A stretch of DNA of 44,371 nt from the sequence record OL362273.1, one strand, 5' to 3'. Origin of the DNA: Escherichia phage 6949. Below are positions 33,956 through 44,362 of the stretch, one piece after another (position 1 is the first letter of the stretch; every line of letters begins with the position of its first letter). Below the pieces are notes generated by a model. That model worked only from the letters and a program-made list of their open reading frames with translations. It did no database searches and was not told where the DNA came from. A program made the translations under genes and the position numbers.

Positions 33956-36357
33956 TGGAAGTACAAGGTTCATTAGGTAGACAAATCCAAGGGATTAGCC
34001 AGCAGCCGCCAGCGGTACGCTTGGATGGTCAGTGCACAGCTATGGTTAATATGATACCTGATGTAGTGAATGGTACTCAATCACGCATGGGTACAACTCA
34101 TATTGCAAAGATACTTGATGCGGGGACTGATGACATGGCTACCCATCATTATCGCAGAGGTGATGGTGATGAAGAGTATTTCTTCACGTTGAAGAAAGGA
34201 CAAGTTCCTGAGATATTTGATAAGTATGGGCGCAAATGTAATGTGACTTCACAAGATGCACCTATGACCTACCTCTCTGAGGTTGTTAATCCAAGGGAAG
34301 ATGTGCAATTCATGACGATAGCTGATGTTACTTTCATGCTTAATCGTAGGAAAGTAGTTAAAGCTAGTAGCAGTAAGTCACCTAAAGTTGGAAACAAAGC
34401 CATTGTGTTTTGTGCGTATGGTCAATATGGTACATCTTATTCCATTGTAATTAATGGGGCCAACGCTGCTAGTTTTAAAACACCGGATGGTGGAAGTGCA
34501 GACCATGTTGAACAAATTCGAACTGAACGTATCACTTCTGAATTGTACTCTAAGTTGCAGCAATGGAGCGGTGTGAGTGACTATGAAATACAAAGAGACG
34601 GTACTAGTATATTTATCGAGAGACGGGATGGTGCTAGCTTTACAATAACAACCACCGATGGTGCAAAAGGTAAGGACTTAGTGGCTATCAAGAATAAAGT
34701 TAGCTCTACTGACCTACTCCCTTCTCGTGCGCCTGCTGGTTATAAAGTACAAGTGTGGCCTACTGGCAGCAAACCTGAGTCTCGTTACTGGCTGCAAGCT
34801 GAGCCTAAAGAGGGAAACCTTGTGTCTTGGAAAGAAACAATAGCTGCTGATGTATTACTTGGGTTTGATAAAGGCACAATGCCTTACATTATTGAACGTA
34901 CAGATATCATCAACGGCATAGCTCAATTCAAGATAAGACAAGGTGATTGGGAAGATCGTAAAGTAGGGGATGACTTGACTAACCCTATGCCCTCTTTTAT
35001 TGATGAGGAAGTACCCCAGACAATAGGTGGAATGTTCATGGTGCAGAACCGCCTATGCTTTACAGCAGGTGAAGCGGTTATTGCTTCTCGTACATCCTAC
35101 TTCTTCGATTTCTTTCGTTATACGGTTATCTCTGCATTGGCAACTGACTCCTTTGATATTTTCTCAGATGCTAGTGAAGTCTACCAGCTAAAACATGCAG
35201 TGACCTTAGATGGCGCTACCGTGTTGTTCTCTGATAAGTCACAATTCATACTGCCAGGCGATAAGCCTTTAGAGAAGTCAAATGCACTGCTTAAGCCTGT
35301 TACAACATTTGAAGTGAACAATAAAGTGAAGCCAGTAGTAACTGGTGAATCGGTAATGTTTGCCACTAATGATGGTTCTTACTCTGGTGTACGAGAGTTC
35401 TATACAGACTCTTATAGTGACACTAAGAAGGCACAAGCAATCACAAGTCATGTGAATAAACTCATCGAAGGTAACATTACCAACATGGCAGCAAGCACCA
35501 ATGTCAACAGGTTACTTGTCACTACCGATAAGTATCGTAACATAATCTACTGCTACGATTGGTTATGGCAAGGAACAGACCGTGTACAATCAGCATGGCA
35601 TGTATGGAAGTGGCCTATAGGTACAAAGGTGCGAGGTATGTTTTATTCTGGTGAATTACTTTACCTGCTCCTTGAGCGAGGAGATGGCGTGTATCTGGAG
35701 AAGATGGACATGGGTGATGCACTAACCTATGGTTTGAATGGCCGCATCAGAATGGATAGGCAAGCAGAGTTAGTCTTCAAGCATTTCAAAGCAGAAGATG
35801 AATGGGTATCTGAGCCGCTCCCTTGGGTTCCTACTAACCCAGAACTTTTAGATTGCATCTTAATCGAGGGTTGGGATTCATATATTGGCGGCTCTTTCTT
35901 ATTCAAGTACAACCCTAGTGACAATACTTTGTCTACAACCTTTGATATATATGATGACAGCCATGTAAAAGCGAAGGTTATTGTTGGTCAGATTTACCCT
36001 CAAGAGTTTGAACCTACGCCTGTGGTTATCAGAGACAATCAAGACCGTGTATCCTACATTGATGTACCAGTTGTAGGATTGGTTCACCTTAATCTTGACA
36101 TGTACCCCGATTTCTCCGTAGAAGTTAAGAATGTGAAGAGTGGTAAAGTACGTAGAGTATTAGCGTCAAACCGTATAGGTGGTGCTCTCAATAATACAGT
36201 AGGCTATGTTGAACCGAGAGAAGGTGTCTTCAGATTTCCACTGAGAGCTAAGAGCATGGATGTTGTTTATCGTATTATTGTAGAGTCACCTCACACATTC
36301 CAGCTTCGTGATATTGAGTGGGAAGGGAGCTACAATCCAACCAAAAGGAGGGTCTAA
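33955..36357 (+). CDS. Tail tubular protein B (T7 gp12-like)
   Basis: The N-terminus LGRQIQGISQQPPAVRLDGQ carries the GISQQP motif seen in T7 gp12. The size is about 800 aa. Confidence 0.85.
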   Translation: MEVQGSLGRQIQGISQQPPAVRLDGQCTAMVNMIPDVVNGTQSRMGTTHIAKILDAGTDDMATHHYRRGDGDEEYFFTLKKGQVPEIFDKYGRKCNVTSQDAPMTYLSEVVNPREDVQFMTIADVTFMLNRRKVVKASSSKSPKVGNKAIVFCAYGQYGTSYSIVINGANAASFKTPDGGSADHVEQIRTERITSELYSKLQQWSGVSDYEIQRDGTSIFIERRDGASFTITTTDGAKGKDLVAIKNKVSSTDLLPSRAPAGYKVQVWPTGSKPESRYWLQAEPKEGNLVSWKETIAADVLLGFDKGTMPYIIERTDIINGIAQFKIRQGDWEDRKVGDDLTNPMPSFIDEEVPQTIGGMFMVQNRLCFTAGEAVIASRTSYFFDFFRYTVISALATDSFDIFSDASEVYQLKHAVTLDGATVLFSDKSQFILPGDKPLEKSNALLKPVTTFEVNNKVKPVVTGESVMFATNDGSYSGVREFYTDSYSDTKKAQAITSHVNKLIEGNITNMAASTNVNRLLVTTDKYRNIIYCYDWLWQGTDRVQSAWHVWKWPIGTKVRGMFYSGELLYLLLERGDGVYLEKMDMGDALTYGLNGRIRMDRQAELVFKHFKAEDEWVSEPLPWVPTNPELLDCILIEGWDSYIGGSFLFKYNPSDNTLSTTFDIYDDSHVKAKVIVGQIYPQEFEPTPVVIRDNQDRVSYIDVPVVGLVHLNLDMYPDFSVEVKNVKSGKVRRVLASNRIGGALNNTVGYVEPREGVFRFPLRAKSMDVVYRIIVESPHTFQLRDIEWEGSYNPTKRRV

Positions 36358-37079
36358 TGGCTATAGGTTCAGCCGTTATGGCTGGTATGTCTTCTATTGG
36401 TAGCATGTTTGCAGGCAGTGGTGCAGCAGCCGCTGCTGGAGGTGCTGCCGCAGGTGGCGGAGGTTTGCTAGGTTCACTAGGTGGATTCCTAAGTGGCTCT
36501 ACTGCTGGTTTCTCTAATGCTGGCCTTCTTGGTGCTGGCCTTCAAGGGTTAGGCTTGATTGGTGATCTATTTGGTGGAAGTGATGAAGCCAAGGCGATGA
36601 AGAAAGCACAAGAAGAGCAATGGCGGCAGCAGCTTATTGCTACACAAGAGGCGTACAAGACAGTGGCAGACGCAGAACGTTCTGCTGCTAAACAATATCA
36701 TGCAGATGCAATCAGTAATCAGGCTTCACTGCTACAGCAGCGAGCACAGGTTGCATTACTTGCTGGGGCTACTGGTACTGGTGGTAATTCTGTGTCCTCT
36801 ATGCTTAATGACTTAGCAGCAGATGGCGGCAGGAACCAGAGTACTATCATTGATAACTATGAGAATCAGAAGATTAATTTCACCAACCAGCTTAAGTCTA
36901 TCCAACGTGGTGGTCAGATGCAGATGCGTGAGTTTAAGAAGCCTTCTGCTATGAATACCTTGGTTAAAGGTATTCCAAGTCTGGCATCTGCCTATGTAAC
37001 TGGTAGTAAGTCTGGCAAGGCATTGGGTAAAGTCTTAACTGATTCTCGCACATATTCATCTGGAACAAGAGGTATTTAA
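36357..37079 (+). CDS. Internal virion protein (small, Gly-rich N-terminus)
   Basis: RBS AAGGAGGG precedes the ATG, which is coupled through TAATG. The protein has a Gly/Ala-rich N-terminus and a helical C-terminal half. Confidence 0.65.
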   Translation: MAIGSAVMAGMSSIGSMFAGSGAAAAAGGAAAGGGGLLGSLGGFLSGSTAGFSNAGLLGAGLQGLGLIGDLFGGSDEAKAMKKAQEEQWRQQLIATQEAYKTVADAERSAAKQYHADAISNQASLLQQRAQVALLAGATGTGGNSVSSMLNDLAADGGRNQSTIIDNYENQKINFTNQLKSIQRGGQMQMREFKKPSAMNTLVKGIPSLASAYVTGSKSGKALGKVLTDSRTYSSGTRGI

Positions 37080-40027
37080 TGGCAATTGAGCGACAAGCAG
37101 TACAAGGTCTGCCACAAGTGCAGGCCACTTCTCCTAATGTCATGACCTTTGCACCTCAACAAGTGGGAGGTGTGGAGGCTGGCGTGGCTTCTACCTCCGG
37201 TAGTAGGTTTATCGAAGACCTTATTCGTGCAGCAAGCAGCGTGGCTGATGTTACCACTGGTATCCTTAATCAGAAGATTGAGGAAGATAAGGTTGTTCAA
37301 ATGGAACGGGCATATAACGGATTAATGCCTTCTGAGGATGCAACTCGTGGTGGCGCTCGTGCTAACATGCTTGTCAAAGCTCAACTGCTAGCTAATGATG
37401 AAGCAGCACGAATGAAAGACATGGCTACTCGTTTCCAAGGAACGGATGACGAATGGACACAACTTATGGTTGACTCTCGTAATGAGATGCAGAATAAGCT
37501 GTTCCAGCAATACCCTGAGTTGCAAGGTGACAAAGATACTATGCGTATGGTCACTAATGTCTTCCAAGAACAGCAGCCTCAGATTTGGGCTACACGAACC
37601 CAGCATAAACTTGACCGTGAACAAGCAGACCGTGAGGATACCTTTGACGGGCGAGTGGCTTCTACTTGGGATTCTAATATTGACCCTGAAGCCTCTGGCT
37701 ATGCTTTACAGGAACGAATCCGCGAAGGTCTTACTCAAGGATTACTACCTGAACAGATGCACAAGAAGTTAGTCCAGCGAGCAATTTCACTTGCACAAGG
37801 CGGTGATGTTAGCATGGCTGAAGCCCTGAAGTATGTGAAGGACGATAAGGGTGTTTCTGTTTATGCTAAGAATCCACAGCTTATCACAGCCATCACTAGT
37901 GGTAATGCAGTTTGGGCTAGGAATAATGTAGCTGATGTAACTCGTATGTCTTTCGAAGTTAAAGAATCCTACCTTGCAGGTGATTTAACTGATGAAGAAC
38001 TGTTGGAACGAGCACAGCACATTAATAATCTGACAGGTAACTCTGTCTTCTCTAATCCAGAGCTAGAGGCACTGATGCGCCAACGGGCTAAGCAGAATGC
38101 AGAGCTAGGTGCAATGCAGGATATGCGACGTGAGCTTTACTCTGACCGCCTGACTGGCTTCCAAGGTAAGACTGATAAAGAGAAGAAGGCTTACATTGAT
38201 GTTATCAAACAGGATAGCCAACTTTATGCAGACCAGCAAATCAAACAACGTGGCTTGGACCCTTACAGTCAAGAGGCTGAAGCTATTCGTGGTGCAGTGG
38301 AAGTGCAGCGCCTGCAATTCATGAACTCCAAAGGCTTAGTGGATGATACCTTTGAGTCTCGTATCAAAGCCATGGAATCTATGCTATCGCCTGAGCACTT
38401 TGCCAAGGGCGAACCACAGGAGTTGATGACTATTCGCCAGTTGTGGGAACAGTTGCCAGAAGAGAGCCGAGGTGTCTTTGGTGACACGGTGAATGGCTAC
38501 ATGGATAACTACAACACTGCACTACAAATGGGAGAGACACCTTTGCAGGCTGCAAGGTTTGCGCGTGAAGCACAGCAGAAATTCTCTCGTACTGAGAAGG
38601 AAACCAAGAAGTTCAACTCAGCTATTGGAGATGCACTGGATGAGGTATCTGGTGCTGGCTGGTTTGATGGTAAAACCGAAGTGTCAGACTTAGGTAAAGC
38701 TATTGCGGAAGAAGAGTTACGAGCTAAGGCCAATATGTTGTGGTCTAGTGGTATGCGTAACATGGATTCTATCAAGAGGGCTTTAATTACTTGGGGCAAT
38801 AAACGCTACACTCAAACAGAGGATGCAAAGACTTCCGGTGGCTATTTCATTAAAGGTGATTACACTTCTGCATCTGATATGCTTATGTCAGTTGGGAAAG
38901 GCGTAAACCCTACCGATGTACCTCTTGCGCTTGGTAGGTATGTAGAAACACAGATGCCAGAATTGAAGAAGGAGCTTCAAGAGTGGGAAACTAAAGATGA
39001 TATATACATTGATTACAATGAACAGAAAGGTACTTTCGTGATTCGTGCTGGTGCAGCAGGTCGCCCTCTTTCTGGAGTAATCCCTGTAACCTCTTTAGAT
39101 ACCACTTCACTACTAGATTCTGCCTATCAGAAGAAAGTAGAGGAACGAGATAAAGGCGAGTATGTTCACCCTTATCGTACAGATATTGGTGCACAAGAGC
39201 CTATGCCAGCTAAACCAACTGCCAAAGATATTGGTAAATTTGGACTAGCTAACTTCCTCATGTCTTCTGCTTTTGCTTCTGGTGAGAATCTGCCTTCTAA
39301 CTTCGAGATTAACTATCGAGGTAATATGCAACAATTCTATGACAAGCTAGCTATGGATGAGAATAAAGATAAAGTTGGCTTTAATAAGGCAACTGGAACC
39401 TTTACTCCATATAAAGATGCTCACGGTGAGTCTATCGGTTACGGTCATTTCTTAACGGAAGAAGAGAAGCGAAACGGGTATATTAAGATTGGTGATGAAC
39501 TAGTTCCCTATCGAGGGTCTATGTCTCAGCTTACAGAGAGCAAGGCTCGCGCTCTTATGGAGCAAGATGCCAAGAAGCATGTGCCTCCTACTCGTGACTG
39601 GAAGATTCCGTTTGACCAGATGCATCCTGCACAGCAACGTGGCTTGATGGATTTAACCTACAATTTAGGTAAAGGTGGAATCCAGAACTCACCGCGTGCT
39701 CTTGCTGCATTCAAAGCTGGTAAGCTTACGGAAGGCTTTATCGAAATGCTGGGCACTGCATCAAGTGAAGGTAAGCGTATCCATGGTTTACTGAAGCGAC
39801 GCGCTGAGGCATACAATATGGCATCTGCTGGTGGTGTGCCTAAGATTACCGAAGTGGAGACTCGTGAAGATGGCTCCATGTGGGTTAGGTTTGGTGGACC
39901 TATGCCAGCAGGTTCTGTCTCGGCATGGACTCATAAACGTATTGGCGCGGATGGTTGGTATCAGGTTTATGAGGCTGCACCTACCAAGTTAGCTAAAGGT
40001 TCTAAGGTGGGTAAATTTAAGTTGTAG
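37079..40027 (+). CDS. Internal virion (ejection) protein with C-terminal lysozyme-like peptidoglycan hydrolase domain
   Basis: A 982 aa ORF in the internal-protein block. The C-terminal region has YKDAHGESIGYGHFLTEEE, which resembles the T4 lysozyme core (YKDTEGYYTIGIGHLLT). Confidence 0.75.
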   Translation: MAIERQAVQGLPQVQATSPNVMTFAPQQVGGVEAGVASTSGSRFIEDLIRAASSVADVTTGILNQKIEEDKVVQMERAYNGLMPSEDATRGGARANMLVKAQLLANDEAARMKDMATRFQGTDDEWTQLMVDSRNEMQNKLFQQYPELQGDKDTMRMVTNVFQEQQPQIWATRTQHKLDREQADREDTFDGRVASTWDSNIDPEASGYALQERIREGLTQGLLPEQMHKKLVQRAISLAQGGDVSMAEALKYVKDDKGVSVYAKNPQLITAITSGNAVWARNNVADVTRMSFEVKESYLAGDLTDEELLERAQHINNLTGNSVFSNPELEALMRQRAKQNAELGAMQDMRRELYSDRLTGFQGKTDKEKKAYIDVIKQDSQLYADQQIKQRGLDPYSQEAEAIRGAVEVQRLQFMNSKGLVDDTFESRIKAMESMLSPEHFAKGEPQELMTIRQLWEQLPEESRGVFGDTVNGYMDNYNTALQMGETPLQAARFAREAQQKFSRTEKETKKFNSAIGDALDEVSGAGWFDGKTEVSDLGKAIAEEELRAKANMLWSSGMRNMDSIKRALITWGNKRYTQTEDAKTSGGYFIKGDYTSASDMLMSVGKGVNPTDVPLALGRYVETQMPELKKELQEWETKDDIYIDYNEQKGTFVIRAGAAGRPLSGVIPVTSLDTTSLLDSAYQKKVEERDKGEYVHPYRTDIGAQEPMPAKPTAKDIGKFGLANFLMSSAFASGENLPSNFEINYRGNMQQFYDKLAMDENKDKVGFNKATGTFTPYKDAHGESIGYGHFLTEEEKRNGYIKIGDELVPYRGSMSQLTESKARALMEQDAKKHVPPTRDWKIPFDQMHPAQQRGLMDLTYNLGKGGIQNSPRALAAFKAGKLTEGFIEMLGTASSEGKRIHGLLKRRAEAYNMASAGGVPKITEVETREDGSMWVRFGGPMPAGSVSAWTHKRIGADGWYQVYEAAPTKLAKGSKVGKFKL

Positions 40028-40043
40028 TATCTAACTCAAGGCT

Positions 40044-40061
40044 TGTCTCACATGTGAGACA
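40044..40061. repeat. Palindrome family copy (TGTCTCACATGTGAGACA, perfect 18 bp)
   Basis: A perfect 18 bp palindrome between the two large internal virion protein genes, followed by GGTCTTTAT. Confidence 0.55.
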
Positions 40062-40091
40062 GGTCTTTATGATAGGCACTATGGAGGAATT

Positions 40092-43000
40092 ATGGAACAA
40101 GACATTAAGACTAATTGGGCTGGATATGTCCAGTCTACTCCTGAGCCGTTTTCTATTGAGGCGGCTCCGGTATCGGCTCCTACGATACGCCAGCGTAATG
40201 AGTTACAAGAGCAAGTTCTTGAAGCTAAAGCTGATGCTGATATCTTAGGTGCTGTAGGTGCTGCCTTCCAGAATGAGTGGTTGGCATTCGGAGGCAAGCG
40301 GTGGTATGACCGTGCCACTGCTGATTTCACACCTCAACCAGACTTCGAGATACAACCTGAGCAACGTGAAGCACTACGTTTCAAATATGGTACAGATATG
40401 ATGCAGACAATCACTGAGGGTGTTCGTTCTGAGGATGAATTGAACTTCCGTATTCAGAATGCTGATGAAGACCTTGAGCGCAATAAGCGCATTGCTCGGG
40501 CTGGCTGGGTTGGCTCTGTGGCGACGATTGGCGCTGCTGTGCTTGACCCTGTGGGATGGGTTGCCTCTATTCCAACCGGTGGTGCCGCTAAAGTTGGACT
40601 CGTAGGCCGTGCTGTGCGTGGCGCTATCGCCGCTGGCGTAAGTAATGCCGCTATTGAATCCGTATTGGTCCAAGGTGACATGACTCGTGATTTAGATGAC
40701 ATTATGGTAGCACTAGGCGCCGGTATGGCTATGGGTGGCGTTATTGGAGCTGTAGCGCGTGGTAGGGCCACTAAGCTCAGTGAGCAAGGAGATGACAGGG
40801 CTGCGAGCATTGTGCGCAGTGCAGACGCAGGGGACCGCTATGTGCGTGCTGTTGCTGATGATAGTATCGGTGCGATGCGTGTTAAGGGTGAAGAGGTACT
40901 CACTGAGGGTGCATTTGATATCTCTAGCAAAGGTGAAGATTTGCTGAAAACCCTACAGCGGGAAGGTAATGCAATTGATATGACCCCTCGCCGCTGGGCC
41001 GGAACTCTGTCTGCCCTTGGTACTGTCGTACATTCCTCTCAGGATGCAAGTGTACGCGGCCTTGGTGCTCGCCTGTTTGAGTCCCCCCAAGGCTTAGGTA
41101 TGCAGAAGGCATCTGCTAGTCTCATGCAGAATACTAACTTGAACCGTCTGAAATCTGCTGATATGAATCGTTTCAACGATGGGTTCGATTTATGGCTCAA
41201 AGAGAATAATATCAATCCGGTTGCAGGTCATACTAACTCTCACTATGTGCAGCAATATAATGAGAAGGTATGGGAAGCTGTACGCATCGGTATGGATGAG
41301 TCTACGCCTAAGTCTATCCGTATGGCAGCAGAGGGGCAGCAAGCTATGTATCGTGAAGCATTAGCATTACGTCAACGCTCTGGTGAATCTGGGTTTGAAA
41401 AGGTTAAAGCAGATGATAAGTACATGCCTGATATTTTTGACAGTATGAAGGCTCGTCGTCAATTCAGTATGCACGATAAAGAGGACATCATTGAGTTATT
41501 CTCTCGTGCATACCAGAATGGTTCTCGTAAGGTTCCAAAGGAAGTGGCTGATGATATTGCACGAGCACAAGTAAACCGCGTTGCTGATGCCACCTTGACC
41601 GGACAGCTTAGCTTTGAAAAGGCTATGTCTGGTCAAACCAAAGCAGAATATGAAGCACTAATGCGCAAAGCAGGCTTTAGTGATGAAGAGATTGAAAAGA
41701 TGGTAGAAGCTCTGGATAATAAAGAAACCAGAGATAATATCTCTAACCGAGCTAAGATGAGTTTAGGCTTAGATGTTACTCAAGAGTACAATGGCATTCG
41801 TATGCGTGACTTTATGAACACTAACGTGGAAGAGTTAACAGATAACTACATGAAGGAAGCGGCAGGTGGTGCTGCCTTGGCTCGTCAAGGCTTCTCTACC
41901 TATCAGGCTGCACTTAATGCAATTGATCTTGTAGAGCGAAATGCACGAAATGCAGCTAAAGATACAAAAGCACACGCACAATTTGAAGCGGAGTCGGCTA
42001 AGATCCGTCAATCAGAGCCTGATTACAAGAAGGCACAAGAGAAGATTGAAGAGTTAAAGAAGCGACTTAAATTGAAAGAGAAAGATGAAGCAGCTGGTCT
42101 GGCTATTGATGAAGAAATCCGTCAGATGCGAGAAGGGCTTCGCTTGATTATGGGTAAATCTATCGATTCAAACCCACAAGATTTGTCTACTAAAATGCTG
42201 CGTCGTGGGCGTGACATTACAGGTGTACTTCGCTTAGGTCAGATGGGCTTCGCACAGCTAGGTGAACTTGCTAACTTCATGGGTGAGTTTGGTATTGCTG
42301 CCACCACTATGGCTTTAGGTAAGCAATTCCGCTTCACCTCTAAGGCGTTGCGTAATGGCGATGGCTTCTTTCGAGATAAGAATTTAGCTGAGGTTGAGCG
42401 AATGGTAGGTTACATTGGTGAAGACAACTGGCTGACAACTAAGGGTGCGCGTCCCGATGAGTTTGGTGATGTAACCACAGTGCGAGGTATGATGGCCCAT
42501 TTTGACCAGTCCATGAACTCTATACGACGTGCTCAGACAAACCTATCCCTCTTCCGCATGGCACAGGGTTCTCTGGAGCGAATGACCAATAGGCAAATAG
42601 CTTTGTCTTTCATTGACCACCTTGAAGGCAAGAAGATTATTCCTCAGAAGAAACTGGAGGAACTTGGTCTTACTCAGGAGTTCATGACTAACCTACAGAA
42701 GCACTATGATGCTAACTCTAAAGGTTCTGGCTTGCTTGGCTTTGATACAATGCCTTATGCCATGGGTGAAACTTTAGCTAATGCTATTCGTCGTAAGTCA
42801 GGTCTAATTATCCAACGTAACTTCATTGGTGATGAAGGTATCTGGATGAACAAAGCACTAGGTAAGACATTTGCACAGCTTAAGTCATTCTCTCTTGTAT
42901 CTGGTGAGAAGCAATTTGGTCGAGGGATTCGCCACGATAAAATTGGTCTTGCTAAGAAGACAGCTTATGGTTTTGCTTTGGGTTCAATAGTGTATGCGGC

Positions 43001-43400
43001 AAAAGCCTATGTTAACTCTATTGGTCGAGAAGACCAAGATGAATATTTGGAAGAGAAGTTATCGCCTAAAGGGTTGGCCTTTGGTGCAATGGGTATGATG
43101 AGTACAACTGCTGTATTTAGTCTAGGTGGAGATTTCTTAGGTGGCCTAGGTGTTCTACCTTCTGAGTTAGTACAATCCCGTTATGAGGCTGGCTTTCAGA
43201 CTAAGGGTTTGATAGACCAAATACCACTAGTAGGTGTTGGTCAAGATGCATATCGTTTAGCAGATTCTATAACTAAATACGCAGAGGGCGATACAGAAGG
43301 TGTAGATGTGGCACGTAGGGCTTTACGCTTAGTGCCTCTAGCTAATGTAATAGGAATCCAGAACGCATTGCGTTATGGCTTAGATGAACTGGAGGATTAA
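40092..43400 (+). CDS. Internal virion (ejection) protein, largest core protein (T7 gp16 position)
   Basis: A 1102 aa ORF with RBS GGAGGA, last of the internal-protein block before the tail adaptor. Confidence 0.75.
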   Translation: MEQDIKTNWAGYVQSTPEPFSIEAAPVSAPTIRQRNELQEQVLEAKADADILGAVGAAFQNEWLAFGGKRWYDRATADFTPQPDFEIQPEQREALRFKYGTDMMQTITEGVRSEDELNFRIQNADEDLERNKRIARAGWVGSVATIGAAVLDPVGWVASIPTGGAAKVGLVGRAVRGAIAAGVSNAAIESVLVQGDMTRDLDDIMVALGAGMAMGGVIGAVARGRATKLSEQGDDRAASIVRSADAGDRYVRAVADDSIGAMRVKGEEVLTEGAFDISSKGEDLLKTLQREGNAIDMTPRRWAGTLSALGTVVHSSQDASVRGLGARLFESPQGLGMQKASASLMQNTNLNRLKSADMNRFNDGFDLWLKENNINPVAGHTNSHYVQQYNEKVWEAVRIGMDESTPKSIRMAAEGQQAMYREALALRQRSGESGFEKVKADDKYMPDIFDSMKARRQFSMHDKEDIIELFSRAYQNGSRKVPKEVADDIARAQVNRVADATLTGQLSFEKAMSGQTKAEYEALMRKAGFSDEEIEKMVEALDNKETRDNISNRAKMSLGLDVTQEYNGIRMRDFMNTNVEELTDNYMKEAAGGAALARQGFSTYQAALNAIDLVERNARNAAKDTKAHAQFEAESAKIRQSEPDYKKAQEKIEELKKRLKLKEKDEAAGLAIDEEIRQMREGLRLIMGKSIDSNPQDLSTKMLRRGRDITGVLRLGQMGFAQLGELANFMGEFGIAATTMALGKQFRFTSKALRNGDGFFRDKNLAEVERMVGYIGEDNWLTTKGARPDEFGDVTTVRGMMAHFDQSMNSIRRAQTNLSLFRMAQGSLERMTNRQIALSFIDHLEGKKIIPQKKLEELGLTQEFMTNLQKHYDANSKGSGLLGFDTMPYAMGETLANAIRRKSGLIIQRNFIGDEGIWMNKALGKTFAQLKSFSLVSGEKQFGRGIRHDKIGLAKKTAYGFALGSIVYAAKAYVNSIGREDQDEYLEEKLSPKGLAFGAMGMMSTTAVFSLGGDFLGGLGVLPSELVQSRYEAGFQTKGLIDQIPLVGVGQDAYRLADSITKYAEGDTEGVDVARRALRLVPLANVIGIQNALRYGLDELED

Positions 43401-44362
43401 TGAGTTATACTTTCACAGAACATATAGCCAACGGTACGCAAGTAACCTATCCCTTTAGCTTTGCTGGTAGGGATAAAGGTTATCTTCGTGCCTCAGATGT
43501 GATAGTGGAGTCTCTTCAAGGTAACACTTGGATTGAGGTTACATCTGGCTGGCAACTAACTGGCACGCACCAGATTACTTTTGATGTAGCACCAGTTGCA
43601 GGTTTGAAGTTCCGTATTAGAAGGGAAGTACAAAAGGAGTATCCATACGCTGAGTTTGACCGTGGTGTTACCTTGGATATGAAGTCTTTAAATGGTTCTT
43701 TCATTCATATACTGGAGATTACACAGGAGTTACTTGACGGGTTTTATCCAGAAGGATACTTCATTAAACAGAATGTAAGCTGGGGCGGCAATAAGATTAC
43801 TGATTTGGCTGATGGCACAAATCCGGGAGATGCAGTAAATAAAGGGCAGCTTGATGCCATCGACAAGAAGCATACAGATTGGAACGCCAAACAGGACATT
43901 GAGATTGCTGGCCTTAAGGCTGGTATGACTTCTGGTATTGCGCACAGAACTGTTCCTTGGTACACGATAGCCCAAGGTGGTGAGATTTCCGTAAAACCAC
44001 CTTATGAATTTCAAGATGCACTAGTTTTCCTTAATGGGGTGTTGCAGCACCAAATTGTAGGCGCATACTCTATAAGCAACAACACTATCACTTTCGCAGA
44101 GCCGCTTGTGGCTGGTACAGAGGTGTATGTGCTGATTGGTAGTCGTGTGGCTACATCTGAACCTAATATTCAGTTAGAGTTGAACTTTGACTTAGTAGAA
44201 GGCCAACAAGTAGTACAGATTGGCTCTGCATTTAAGTACATTGAGGTCTACCTTGATGGATTATTACAACCTAAACTTGCTTATCAGGTAGACGGTGACA
44301 TTGTTACTTTCTCAGAAAGAGTACCAGAATGCCGGATGACTGCTAAGATTATCACAGCATAA
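43400..44362 (+). CDS. Tailspike adaptor protein (T7 gp17 N-terminal domain-like)
   Basis: The N-terminus (VTYPFSFAGRDKGYLRASDVIV ... GNKITDLADGTNPGDAVNKGQLDA) resembles the tail-attachment domain of the T7 fibre. It has no receptor-binding domain, and the tailspikes are encoded separately. Confidence 0.7.
   Translation: MSYTFTEHIANGTQVTYPFSFAGRDKGYLRASDVIVESLQGNTWIEVTSGWQLTGTHQITFDVAPVAGLKFRIRREVQKEYPYAEFDRGVTLDMKSLNGSFIHILEITQELLDGFYPEGYFIKQNVSWGGNKITDLADGTNPGDAVNKGQLDAIDKKHTDWNAKQDIEIAGLKAGMTSGIAHRTVPWYTIAQGGEISVKPPYEFQDALVFLNGVLQHQIVGAYSISNNTITFAEPLVAGTEVYVLIGSRVATSEPNIQLELNFDLVEGQQVVQIGSAFKYIEVYLDGLLQPKLAYQVDGDIVTFSERVPECRMTAKIITA

Noticed and set aside
40054-40248. 64 aa ORF starting at 40054
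   Set aside because: It overlaps the start of the 1102 aa internal virion protein gene in another frame, and the strong RBS serves the ATG at 40092.
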